Origin: Gemmatimonadaceae bacterium
GTDB taxonomy: Bacteria; Gemmatimonadota; Gemmatimonadetes; Gemmatimonadales; Gemmatimonadaceae
DNA length: 16,479 bases
Direction: 5' to 3'
NCBI GenBank assembly: GCA_040901985.1
Contig: JBBDYC010000008.1
Coordinates: 1 to 16,479, forward strand
The notes below the pieces were generated by a model. It was not told the DNA's origin. It worked only from the letters and a program-made list of their open reading frames with translations, and made no database searches. Position 1 is the first letter of the stretch; every line of letters begins with the position of its first letter. Both the position numbers and the translations under genes were made by a program. Positions 8,012 through 16,479 of this stretch are shown piece after piece.

Positions 8012-8475
8012 TTGGCGTCCTCCTGCACAATCGTCGGGAAAAGCACGGCGTACTTTCCCAACCCCTCGGCCGTCAGCCGTGCGGCGGGGACGAACCGCAA
8101 TGCCGCCGAGTTGATGCAGAAGCGCAGCCCGCCGGGGCCCGGTCCGTCCTCGAAGACGTGGCCGAGATGCGAGTCACCCTGCGCCGAGCGCACCTCCACA
8201 CGGCGCATCCCGTACGCGTGGTCCGGGTGTTCGGCGACGTTCTCGTCCACGAGCGGCTTGGTGAAGGACGGCCATCCCGTGCCCGAGTCGAACTTGTCGG
8301 TCGAGGCAAAAAGCGGCTCGCCGGACACGACGTCCACGTAGATGCCGGGCTCCTTGTGATCCCAGAACTCGTTGCGGAACGCGGGCTCGGTGGCACTGCA
8401 CTGCGTGACCTGGTACTGCAGCGGCGTGAGGCGTTGCTCGAGCGCCGGGTCGGCGGGCTTCTTCTGCTTTGACAT
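8008..8475 (-). CDS. msrB: Peptide-methionine (R)-S-oxide reductase MsrB, zinc-free type
   Basis: Start reassigned to ATG 8475 (155 aa). [31 protein letters not shown]. No CxxC zinc motifs (VDVVS and RSAQGD instead). Confidence 0.96.
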   Translation of the reverse strand: MSKQKKPADPALEQRLTPLQYQVTQCSATEPAFRNEFWDHKEPGIYVDVVSGEPLFASTDKFDSGTGWPSFTKPLVDENVAEHPDHAYGMRRVEVRSAQGDSHLGHVFEDGPGPGGLRFCINSAALRFVPAARLTAEGLGKYAVLFPTIVQEDAK

Positions 8476-8536
8476 TTGCGTTTGGGCGTGGAGTACCTCC
8501 GAGGAATCGAGCCAGCGCCGCCCAAGTTCCGCAACC

Positions 8537-8565
8537 TTGACAATGCCGAACAAACACCGAACCAT
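8537..8565 (+). promoter_or_regulatory. Possible sigma-70 promoter for the efflux operon
   Basis: Perfect TTGACA (8537-8542), 17-bp spacer, weak -10 AACCAT (8560-8565). Confidence 0.3.
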
Positions 8566-8631
8566 TGCCGGCTCGGCGCGAAGATCGCTCCAGCGCTCAC
8601 CCTGAAACCACTGACGCGGGCCTTGCGTTGT

Positions 8632-8669
8632 AAGCAAGTGGTCGCTTGCTTTGTGAAAGTATTCACTTG
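8632..8669. promoter_or_regulatory. Tandem palindromic operator candidates for the TetR domain
   Basis: AAGCAAG-N6-CTTGCTT (8632-8651) and AAGT-N4-ACTT (8657-8668). The shared core AAGT-N4-(A/G)CTTG recurs 21 bp apart, ending 10 nt before ATG 8680. Confidence 0.7.
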
Positions 8670-8679
8670 AACCTCCCAT

Positions 8680-10671
8680 ATGTCTGAACCGACCAAGCAG
8701 CAGCTCCTCGACGCCGCCGCGCGCGTCTACGCCGAGGCCGGATTCCGCGGGGCGACGACGCGCCGCATCGCCGACGAGGCTGGCGTGAACGAGGTGACCC
8801 TCTTTCGCCTCTTCGGCTCCAAGGATGCGCTCATCAAGGAAGCCATCCGCGAGCACGCGCGTAGCGGTCCGCCCGACGTCCTACCGGATGTGCCGGTGGA
8901 TCCGGTCCGCGAACTCACGGCGTGGGCCGAACAGGACCACGTCTTCCTCACCGAGTGCCGCGGGATGATTCGCACGGCAATGGCCGAGATGCACGAGCGG
9001 CCGGAGTGCGCCGGGTCCACCGCCGAGCAGCCCGCCGAGTCCATGCGCGCGCTCACCACCTACATCGAGCGACTGGCCGAGCACCGCTTCATCCCTTCGG
9101 CAGCGGACGCAAACGCCGCGGCCGCGATGCTGAAGGGCACGCTCTTTGCCGACGCAATGGGCCGCGACATGATGCCTGACTTGTTCCCGCCGGCGAAACG
9201 CGCGCCGGCGATCTACGTGCGCCTCTTCCTCCGTGCCCTCGGCGCCGCGTTGGCACTGCTCCTCCTGGTGCTGCCGCCCTCCGCCGTCGCGCAGGCGCAG
9301 ACTCCGTCGCAGGCGCAAGCGACGCCGACCGAGCTCTCGCTCGCCGAGGCGCTGCGGATCGCCGAGCGCCGCAACGCCGGTGTGCGGATCGCCGAAGCCG
9401 GCGCCGCGCGCGCACGCGGGTACCAGCGCGCCGCCGACTCCGGGCGCTTGCCGCAGGTGAACGGGTCCATCAGCTATCAGCGCGCGATCGAAAGCCAGTT
9501 CGCCGCGATCTCCGAGCGCTTCGCGCCCGACACCGGCAGCTCCGGCGGCGGAATCGAGGACTCGCCGCTGGCGCAGATCTTCGCGGCGCCGAACACCGCC
9601 GTGTTCCAGCTTTCGGCGACGCAGCATCTCTGGACCGCCGGCCGACTCGGCGCTGCACGCGCCGGCGCCAGCGCCGGCCGCGACGCGGCCAACATCGCCC
9701 TCGCCTCGGCGCGCGCGCAGGCCATCCTCGACGTTGCCGCGGCTTACTTTGACGCGGTGGCGATGGAGCGTCTGCAGGCAATCGCCGATTCGACCGTCGC
9801 CCTCACCGAGCGCACCCTCGCCCACGTCGAGCTCGCGCGCGAGGTTGGCACGGCGAGCGAGTTCGACCTCCTGCGCGCCCGCGTGGCGCGCGACAACCAG
9901 CGCCCGCTCGCCATCCAGGCGCGCGGCAACCGCACGGCGGCGCTCCTCCGTCTCAAGCAGCTCCTCGAACTCCCGCTCTCGGCGCCGCTCACCCTTACCA
10001 CGCCGATCCGGGATGACGACGCGCTCGTCGCCGAGACGATGGGCCCGATCCGGCTCGTGGACGACCGCACGATCACGCCCGACACGAGCGTCGCGGCGCG
10101 CGCAACGGTTCGTCAGGCGGAGGCGCAGGTAGAGGCGCGGGAGGCCGCGTTGCGTGCGGCTCGCCTGGCGCGGTTCCCCTCGCTCCAGCTGACCTCGACC
10201 TACCAACGCTTCGCCTATCCGCCCGACGGCACGTTCCTCCCCGGCGAGCTTGGCCTCTACTTCCCGAACTGGACGGTGTCGCTCGGCCTCGCCTTTCCCG
10301 TCTTCAGCGGCGGCCGCGTCAGCGGCGAGCGGATGGTGGCGGAGGCGGATCTCCTCGAGGCGCGCTCGCGGTTGCAGCAGACGCGCGACGGCGCCGAGCT
10401 CGACGCCCTCCTCGCGGTCACGCAACTCGAACAGGCGCAGGCGGCGTACCTCGCTTCGGTCGGCACCGACGCCCAGGCCGAGCAGGCGTATCGCATTGCC
10501 GAGGTCCGCTTCCGCGAGGGAATCTCGACGCCGGTCGAGTTGACCGAGTCGCGCGTCCAGCTCGAACAGGCGCGGCTGCAGCGCGTCACCACGGCGCGCG
10601 ACCTCGAGATCGCGAAGCTCCGGCTCGCCCTCCTGAAGGACCTGCCGCTCGCGCCGGAAGGGGTCCGCTGA
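8680..10671 (+). CDS. TetR/AcrR-family regulator fused in frame to a TolC-family outer membrane efflux protein
   Basis: Residues 1-187: TetR ([43 protein letters not shown]). Residues 180-204: signal-peptide-like, ending AVA/Q. Residues 205-663: OEP repeats ([57 protein letters not shown]). No internal stop. Confidence 0.88.
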   Translation: MSEPTKQQLLDAAARVYAEAGFRGATTRRIADEAGVNEVTLFRLFGSKDALIKEAIREHARSGPPDVLPDVPVDPVRELTAWAEQDHVFLTECRGMIRTAMAEMHERPECAGSTAEQPAESMRALTTYIERLAEHRFIPSAADANAAAAMLKGTLFADAMGRDMMPDLFPPAKRAPAIYVRLFLRALGAALALLLLVLPPSAVAQAQTPSQAQATPTELSLAEALRIAERRNAGVRIAEAGAARARGYQRAADSGRLPQVNGSISYQRAIESQFAAISERFAPDTGSSGGGIEDSPLAQIFAAPNTAVFQLSATQHLWTAGRLGAARAGASAGRDAANIALASARAQAILDVAAAYFDAVAMERLQAIADSTVALTERTLAHVELAREVGTASEFDLLRARVARDNQRPLAIQARGNRTAALLRLKQLLELPLSAPLTLTTPIRDDDALVAETMGPIRLVDDRTITPDTSVAARATVRQAEAQVEAREAALRAARLARFPSLQLTSTYQRFAYPPDGTFLPGELGLYFPNWTVSLGLAFPVFSGGRVSGERMVAEADLLEARSRLQQTRDGAELDALLAVTQLEQAQAAYLASVGTDAQAEQAYRIAEVRFREGISTPVELTESRVQLEQARLQRVTTARDLEIAKLRLALLKDLPLAPEGVR

Positions 10672-10734
10672 TGCGCTCGCCTGCCCGCGCGCTGACGCGC
10701 GCGCCACGTCTCGCCGCGTCGTCCACTGATTGCT

Positions 10735-10770
10735 CGACCGTTCCGACCGTTCCGACCGTTCCGACCGTTC
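10735..10770 (+). repeat. Tandem repeat (CGACCGTTC)x4
   Basis: Four exact 9-bp copies between the TolC stop and the likely adaptor start. Confidence 0.95.
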
Positions 10771-10805
10771 CACCCCCTACGCCCAAGTCCCGAGGGAAGC
10801 TCCCG

Positions 10806-11936
10806 ATGTCGTCTCGCATTGTTCGTTCCGCCGGTCTCGCCTCCCTCGCGTTCACGCTCTCGATTGCCGCCTGCGGTCGCGGTGACGCTGCCGAGGATGC
10901 CGCGGCGGCGGCGGCCCCGGTGGTTGTCGCTGTCGGTCCGGAGGCGATCACCGTCGCCGAGGTCACGACGCTCGCGACTGGGCCGATCCTCTCGGGCACC
11001 TTGGTGGCCGAGCGGACGGCGCAGATCCGCGCCGAAGTGCCGGGCTCGGTCATCCAGGTCTTCCGGGACCCAGGGGCGGTGGTCGCGCGCGGCACCTCGC
11101 TCGCCAAGATTGACGACCGGTCCATCAACGACGGCTACCTCTCGGCGCGCTCCGGCTACACCGCGGCCGAGACGTCGGCCGACATTGCCCGGCGCGAGCT
11201 CGAGCGGGCCGAGAAGCTGCAGGCGGCCGGCGCGATCTCCGACCGCGACCTCGAGAACGCGCGACGCGCGAACCTCGCCGCCGGCTCGATGCTCGACGAC
11301 GCCCGCGCGCGGCTCTCGTCGGCGCAGAAGCAACTCGACGCGACCAACGTGCTGGCGCCGTACGACGGAGTCGTCAGCGAGCGCTACGTGAACCCGGGAG
11401 ACGTGGTCGCGCCGGGCTCGCCGCTCTTCACGGTGGTGGACCCGGCGACGATGCGGCTCGAGGCGACGGTGCCGGCGAGCGAGCTCGCGGCAATCCGCGT
11501 CGGCGCGCCGGTCCGCTTCTCGGTGACCGGCTATCCGGGGCGGACATTCGAGGGCCGCATCTCGAGCATCAACCCGTCAGCCGACCCGCAGACGCGGCAG
11601 GTGCGGCTCTTCGTCCGCATCCCAAACGCGGGGAACAGCCTGGTCGCCGGCCTCTTCGCCGAGGGACGCGTGGCAAGCGACGCCCGCGCGACGCTCACCG
11701 TGCCGCGGCTGGCGGTGGACCTCCGCGGGCTCACGCCGGTGGTGCTCCGCGTGCGCAACGGCACCACCGAGCGCGTAGAGGTTGTCCTTGGCGCGCAGGA
11801 CGAGGCCAGTGAGCGCGTGGAGATCACTGCCGGCATCGTGGCGGGCGACACGCTGCTCGTCGGCGCGGCGCTCGGCATCACGGCCGGCACCCCAATCCGC
11901 GTGAGCGCGCCGGCCGACGTGCCGGCGCGCAACTGA
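10806..11936 (+). CDS. RND efflux periplasmic adaptor subunit (MFP), lipoprotein
   Basis: ATG 10806 follows GAGGGAAG; lipobox IAAC; IRAEVPGSV, GAISDRDLE, APYDGVVSER..NPGDVV, GRISSINPSADPQTR; 376 aa. An alternative in-frame ATG lies at 10671. Confidence 0.92.
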   Translation: MSSRIVRSAGLASLAFTLSIAACGRGDAAEDAAAAAAPVVVAVGPEAITVAEVTTLATGPILSGTLVAERTAQIRAEVPGSVIQVFRDPGAVVARGTSLAKIDDRSINDGYLSARSGYTAAETSADIARRELERAEKLQAAGAISDRDLENARRANLAAGSMLDDARARLSSAQKQLDATNVLAPYDGVVSERYVNPGDVVAPGSPLFTVVDPATMRLEATVPASELAAIRVGAPVRFSVTGYPGRTFEGRISSINPSADPQTRQVRLFVRIPNAGNSLVAGLFAEGRVASDARATLTVPRLAVDLRGLTPVVLRVRNGTTERVEVVLGAQDEASERVEITAGIVAGDTLLVGAALGITAGTPIRVSAPADVPARN

Positions 11937-11951
11937 CCAGGAGCCGCGCCC

Positions 11952-14900
11952 GTGTTCATCTCTGACTTTGCGATCAAGCGGCCGCTGATCACCGTCGTCT
12001 CGATGGTGGCGCTCGTCGTCTTCGGACTGTTCGCGCTCTTCCAGCTCGAGACCGATGAGTTCCCCGACGTGCAGCAGCCGATCATCAACGTGGCGATCCC
12101 CTATCCCGGCGCGTCGCCTGACGTCGTCGAGCGCGAGGTGCTCGACCGCGTCGAGGAGGCGGTCTCCGGCATCTCCGGTGTGGACCGGATCTCCGGCTCG
12201 GCGATGGACGGCTTTGCCAACGTGACGGTCTTTTTCGTCTTCGAGAAGGACCTGCAGCAGGCGTCGCAGGACATCCGCGACAAGATCTCGTCCATCCGCT
12301 CGGACCTGCCGCTGGAGATGAAGGAGCCGGTGCTGACGCGGTTCGACCCGGCGGACCAGCCGATCGTGCAGCTCTCGCTCAACTCCAATACGCTCGACGC
12401 ACCGGCACTGACGCGGATCGCCGACCCCGGCGTGACGCGCGTGCTGCGCGGGATCGCCGGCGTGGCCGAGGCGACGGTGGTCGGCGGTGTCGAGCGCGAG
12501 CTCACGGTGGAGATCCGCCCCGACGCGATGGAGGCGGCGGGCGTGACGGTGGCGCAGATCGTCGGCGCGCTGCAGTCGCAGAACCTCGCCGTCCCGGTTG
12601 GGCGGCTGGCCGGCACGCTCGACGAACGGGCCATCCGGCTGAAGGGCAAGCTCGAGACGCCGGAGGACTTCCTCCGCCTCGTGGTGGCCGAGCGGGGCGG
12701 CCGCGCGATCCGCCTTGGCGAGGTGGCCACCGCGCGCGACGGCACCGCCGAGCCGCGCACCGCGGCGCTCTTCAACGGGCGCGACGCGGTCGGCATCATG
12801 ATCAAGAAGTCGAAGGGGTACTCGACGACCGCGGTGGCCGAGCAGGTCCTCGCGGCGATTGACGAGCTGCGGCCGACGCTGCCGCCGGGCACGCAGCTCG
12901 ACGTCGTGCAGAACGCCGGCGACCGCGTGAAGGCCTCGGTGGCCAACGTGCAGAGCGCACTGGTCGAGGGCGCGCTGCTCACGGTGCTCGTCGTCTTCAT
13001 CTTCCTCAACTCGTGGCGCTCGACTGTCATCACCGGGCTCGCGCTCCCGATCTCGGTGCTCGCCTCCTTCATCGCCGTCTGGGTCTTCGGCTTCACGCTG
13101 AACACGATGTCGTTGCTCGGCCTCTCGCTGGCGATCGGCATCCTGATTGACGACGCGATCGTCGTGCGCGAGAACATCGTGCGGCACGTCGAGATGGGGA
13201 AGGACCACTTTCGCGCGGCGCACGAGGGAACCGACGAGATCGGGCTCGCGGTCACCGCGACGACCTTCTCGATTGTCGCCGTCTTCGTGCCGATCGCGTT
13301 CATGTACGGGTTGTCCGGCCAGTGGTTCAAGCCGTTCGCGCTGACGATTGCCTGCGCGGTGCTCGTCTCACTGTTCGTCTCGTTCTCGCTCGACCCGATG
13401 CTCTCAGCCTACTGGCCGGACCCCGAACTCGAGGAGGGCGAGCGTCGGAGCTGGATCTCGCGCAAGCTGACGGTCTTCAACCAGTGGTTTGACCGCCAGG
13501 CAAACAACTACACGCGGGTGATCGGGTGGGCGCTCGACCACCGGCTGGCGATGGCGGTGCTCGCGGTCGGGAGCCTCGTCGGCGCGCTCTGGCTGCAGGC
13601 GACGTTTGGTGGGTTCGGGTTCGTCCCGATCTCCGACAACTCCGAGTTGGTGGTCCAGGTGGAGACGCCGCCCGGGTCGAATCTCGAGTACACCCGACTG
13701 AAGACGGAGGAGGCGGCGCGCCTCGCCCGCGCGCACCCTGAGGTGCGGTACACGTTCACCACAATCGGCGCCGGACAGGGGATGGATCCCTCGGAGGCGC
13801 TCGGCGCGGTGGACCTCGGCTCGGTCTACGTGCGGATGACGCCGAAGGCGACGCGCTCGATCTCGCAGGACCGCCTGGGCGCAATCCTGCGGAACGACGT
13901 CCGCCAGATCGGCGGCGCCACGGTCGCCGTCTTCACGTCGGGCTTCGGCGGCGCAATCAAGCAGGTGCAGCTCGAGCTCCGCGGGCACGATGCGCGCCAG
14001 CTGCAGGAGGTGGCAGACTCCGTCCTCGGCCGGATGCGCGGGATCACCGGGGCGGTGGACCTCTCGCTCTCGACCAAGGGGCAGAAGCCCGAGCTTGAGA
14101 TCACGCTCAACCGCGCGCTGGCCGGCGCGCTCGGCGTGACCGTCGGGCAGATCGCGCAGTCGCTCCGCCCGGCGTTCGCCGGCGTGGACGCCGGCGACTG
14201 GGTGGACCCGAGCGGCGAGAACCGGAAGGTGCGCGTGCGGCTCGCGCCGGAGGCGCGCACGCGGGTGCAGGACATCGAGCGGCTGCCGATTGCGGTCGGC
14301 GGCCAGGGCGGGCCGGTGCGGATGATGCCGCTCGGCCAGCTGGCGACGGTGTCGCAGGGCCTCGGCCCCGCGAAGATCAGCCACCTCGACCGCGACAACG
14401 TGATCGTCGTCCAGGCGAATGTGTCGGGGCGGTCGCTTGGCGAGGTCACCAGCGACATCGAGCGCGAACTCGACACGATGACCATTCCGGCCGGGATCCG
14501 CTGGTCGTTCGGCGGCGAGGCGCGCGACCAGGCGCAGGTCTTCGGCGACATCCTCGCCGCGCTCGGGATCGCGCTCCTCCTGATGTACCTGATCCTCGTG
14601 ATGCAGTTCGGCTCGTTCCTCGAGCCGATCGCAATCCTCGTGTCGTTGCCGCTCTCGCTGATCGGCGTGGTGCTGGCGTTGCTGGTCACCGGCGATACGC
14701 TCAACATCATGTCAATGATCGGCGTGATCCTCCTGATGGGGATCGTCGCCAAGAACGCCATCCTGCTCATTGACTTCGCGAAGTGGGGCCAGGAGCAGGG
14801 AATGCCAAGGCGCGAGGCGATCATCGAGGCGGGCCGCGTGCGGCTGCGGCCGATCCTGATGACCACCTTCGCGCTGATCGCCGGGATGACGCCGGTGGCG

Positions 14901-15107
14901 CTCGGCGTCGGCGAGGGCGCCGACTTCCGGGCGCCGCTCGGCCGAGCGATCATCGGCGGCACGCTCACCTCGACACTGCTGACCCTCCTCGTGATCCCGA
15001 CGGTCTACGAGGTGATGGACGAGTTCCGCGAGCGCATCGCGCGGCTCTTCAACTTCCCGGTGCGGCCGAAGACCGAGGAGTACGCGGTGCCGACGAAGCC
15101 GGGCTGA
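11952..15107 (+). CDS. RND efflux permease, AcrB/AcrD/AcrF (HAE1) family
   Basis: MFISDFAIKRP start after CAGGAG; TM4 GILIDDAIVVRENI; TM10 GIVAKNAILLIDF; RLRPILMTT. Proton-relay residues intact; 1051 aa. Confidence 0.97.
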   Translation: MFISDFAIKRPLITVVSMVALVVFGLFALFQLETDEFPDVQQPIINVAIPYPGASPDVVEREVLDRVEEAVSGISGVDRISGSAMDGFANVTVFFVFEKDLQQASQDIRDKISSIRSDLPLEMKEPVLTRFDPADQPIVQLSLNSNTLDAPALTRIADPGVTRVLRGIAGVAEATVVGGVERELTVEIRPDAMEAAGVTVAQIVGALQSQNLAVPVGRLAGTLDERAIRLKGKLETPEDFLRLVVAERGGRAIRLGEVATARDGTAEPRTAALFNGRDAVGIMIKKSKGYSTTAVAEQVLAAIDELRPTLPPGTQLDVVQNAGDRVKASVANVQSALVEGALLTVLVVFIFLNSWRSTVITGLALPISVLASFIAVWVFGFTLNTMSLLGLSLAIGILIDDAIVVRENIVRHVEMGKDHFRAAHEGTDEIGLAVTATTFSIVAVFVPIAFMYGLSGQWFKPFALTIACAVLVSLFVSFSLDPMLSAYWPDPELEEGERRSWISRKLTVFNQWFDRQANNYTRVIGWALDHRLAMAVLAVGSLVGALWLQATFGGFGFVPISDNSELVVQVETPPGSNLEYTRLKTEEAARLARAHPEVRYTFTTIGAGQGMDPSEALGAVDLGSVYVRMTPKATRSISQDRLGAILRNDVRQIGGATVAVFTSGFGGAIKQVQLELRGHDARQLQEVADSVLGRMRGITGAVDLSLSTKGQKPELEITLNRALAGALGVTVGQIAQSLRPAFAGVDAGDWVDPSGENRKVRVRLAPEARTRVQDIERLPIAVGGQGGPVRMMPLGQLATVSQGLGPAKISHLDRDNVIVVQANVSGRSLGEVTSDIERELDTMTIPAGIRWSFGGEARDQAQVFGDILAALGIALLLMYLILVMQFGSFLEPIAILVSLPLSLIGVVLALLVTGDTLNIMSMIGVILLMGIVAKNAILLIDFAKWGQEQGMPRREAIIEAGRVRLRPILMTTFALIAGMTPVALGVGEGADFRAPLGRAIIGGTLTSTLLTLLVIPTVYEVMDEFRERIARLFNFPVRPKTEEYAVPTKPG

Positions 15108-15641
15108 TCAGGGTCCGGCGATCGGCCTCGGGAAGCGCCGGGGCCGGTGCTCGTCGAGCCAGGCCCGCTGCGCGTCGGTGAGGACGGCGCGGAGCGCGTC
15201 GTGCAGTTCCTTGAGCGCCGGACGCAGGGCCACGGCGATCTCACGCCCCTGCTCGAGGATGGCCCGCACCTCCTCTCGCGTCGCGCCGGACTGCCGGGCC
15301 GTGCGCGCCGCCTGGAAGATCTCGCGGAGTGCATCGAGTTCCTCCTCGTGTTCGGCGCGGAAGGCCGTGCGCAGCTCGGCGATCGCGGCGCGCTGCTCGT
15401 CGGTCAGCGCCAGTTCCTCGGGGAGCGGCGGCCGGCCGGTACGGCCGTCGAACGGCCGGGAATCCGCCTGCGTGCCCATCGTGCCTTCGAGCGCGGTGCC
15501 GGTCTCGCCGAACATCGCCAACGCGTAGTCGTCGGCGACAACGGCGCTCGCCTGGGTCCCGGCGGACGGGAGGTCGCACGCCGTCAGCACGACGAGGGCG
15601 GCAAGGGCGGCGAGCGCGGGGGTGACGGTCCTTCTCAGCAT
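15108..15641 (-). CDS. Spy/CpxP-family (LTXXQ motif) lipoprotein
   Basis: ATG 15641 with a GGAGG RBS; lipobox LTAC; LTDEQR and LTDAQR flank a helical region; 177 aa. Confidence 0.82.
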   Translation of the reverse strand: MLRRTVTPALAALAALVVLTACDLPSAGTQASAVVADDYALAMFGETGTALEGTMGTQADSRPFDGRTGRPPLPEELALTDEQRAAIAELRTAFRAEHEEELDALREIFQAARTARQSGATREEVRAILEQGREIAVALRPALKELHDALRAVLTDAQRAWLDEHRPRRFPRPIAGP

Positions 15642-15756
15642 ATCGGGTTGCCTCCAGTGGCCAGGGGCCGTTGGTCGCGCGGCAGAATGGGAGCCGGCGC
15701 GGTTATGCCCGTTTGATGCCCGCTGCGGCCCGATGTTAATCCGACCCCCAAGTCCA

Positions 15757-16479
15757 TCAATCCGCCGCCGCGCGGAGCAGCCGCCACGCCGCCGCCAGAT
15801 GCGACTCCTGGGTCCGCAGGTTCCCGATGGCGACCCGAAGCACGTACGCCTCACCAAGCTTGGTGTGCGAAAGGAAGACCGCGCCGTCGGCGTTCACGCG
15901 GTCGAGAATGCGGGCGTTGTGCGCCGCGAGTTCCGTCTCGTCGGTCACTCCCGGCGGCCGATGGCGAAAACAGACCACCGACATCCCGACCGGCGCGACG
16001 ACTTCCCACCCCGGCGCGTCGGCGACCCACGCCGCAAAGGTCGTGGCGAGCGCGCAATGGTGCCGGATGCGCAGCGCCAGCCCGTCAATCCCGAACGCGC
16101 GCAGCACGAACCAGAGCTTGAGGGCCCGGAACCGGCGCCCGAGCTGGAACGAGTAGTCGGAATAGGAGAGCGCCACCTCCTGCTCGCGCGTCTCGAGGTA
16201 GGTGGGCGTGAGCGCAAAGGCGCGGCGCAGGACCTCGGGATGCCGGGTCCAGAGCACCGAGCAGTCCATCGGCGTGAAGAGCCACTTGTGGGGATTGACG
16301 ACCATCGAATCGGCGCGCTCGATTCCCGCGAACTCGGCGCGGCGCTCGGGGAGGAGCGCGAGGACGCCGCCGTACGCCGCGTCGGCGTGCAGCCAGAGTC
16401 CCTCGCGCTCGCAGATCGGCGCGATCTCGCCGATCGGGTCCATCGCCGTGGACGAGGTCGTGCCGAGCGTGGCGACGAC
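15757..16479 (-). CDS. Group II PLP-dependent decarboxylase (aromatic-L-amino-acid decarboxylase family), 5' end outside the window
   Basis: VVATLGTTSSTAMDP, WLHADAAYGG, PLP lysine motif NPHKWL, LGRRFRALKLW, VVCFR. The frame is open to the window end. Confidence 0.94.
   Translation of the reverse strand, partial: VVATLGTTSSTAMDPIGEIAPICEREGLWLHADAAYGGVLALLPERRAEFAGIERADSMVVNPHKWLFTPMDCSVLWTRHPEVLRRAFALTPTYLETREQEVALSYSDYSFQLGRRFRALKLWFVLRAFGIDGLALRIRHHCALATTFAAWVADAPGWEVVAPVGMSVVCFRHRPPGVTDETELAAHNARILDRVNADGAVFLSHTKLGEAYVLRVAIGNLRTQESHLAAAWRLLRAAAD

Noticed and set aside
8476..8856. Long N-terminal extension of MsrB in the ORF track
   Set aside because: Overlaps the divergent regulatory region and the TetR gene; MsrB similarity starts near ATG 8475.
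10735..10770. Possible CRISPR array
   Set aside because: Contiguous 9-bp units with no spacers and no cas genes.
15642..15857. N-terminal extension of the Spy/CpxP-like ORF
   Set aside because: Overlaps the decarboxylase 3' end; the RBS and signal peptide support ATG 15641.

Overview
Very GC-rich bacterial DNA; the gene styles suggest Gemmatimonadota, but that is inference. From the left: (i) a less GC-rich segment (about 1-1500) with a frameshifted orphan Rhs-core remnant running off the left edge, a sensor-less sigma-54 activator with altered motifs, and an AT-rich intergenic region whose near-consensus promoter lies between inverted repeats and points away from the activator; (ii) a minus-strand cluster msrB-msrA-abgT-lipoprotein-secreted plug-like protein-fused membrane/spermidine-synthase-like protein; (iii) a divergent plus-strand RND efflux operon whose first ORF joins a TetR repressor in frame, via a signal-peptide-like helix, to a full-length TolC-family channel, preceded by tandem palindromic operator candidates; (iv) a convergent Spy/CpxP-like lipoprotein and the 3' part of a group II PLP decarboxylase. 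The TetR-signal peptide-TolC ORF is the best candidate for an undescribed system. All calls rest on motifs recognised by eye; no searches were run.
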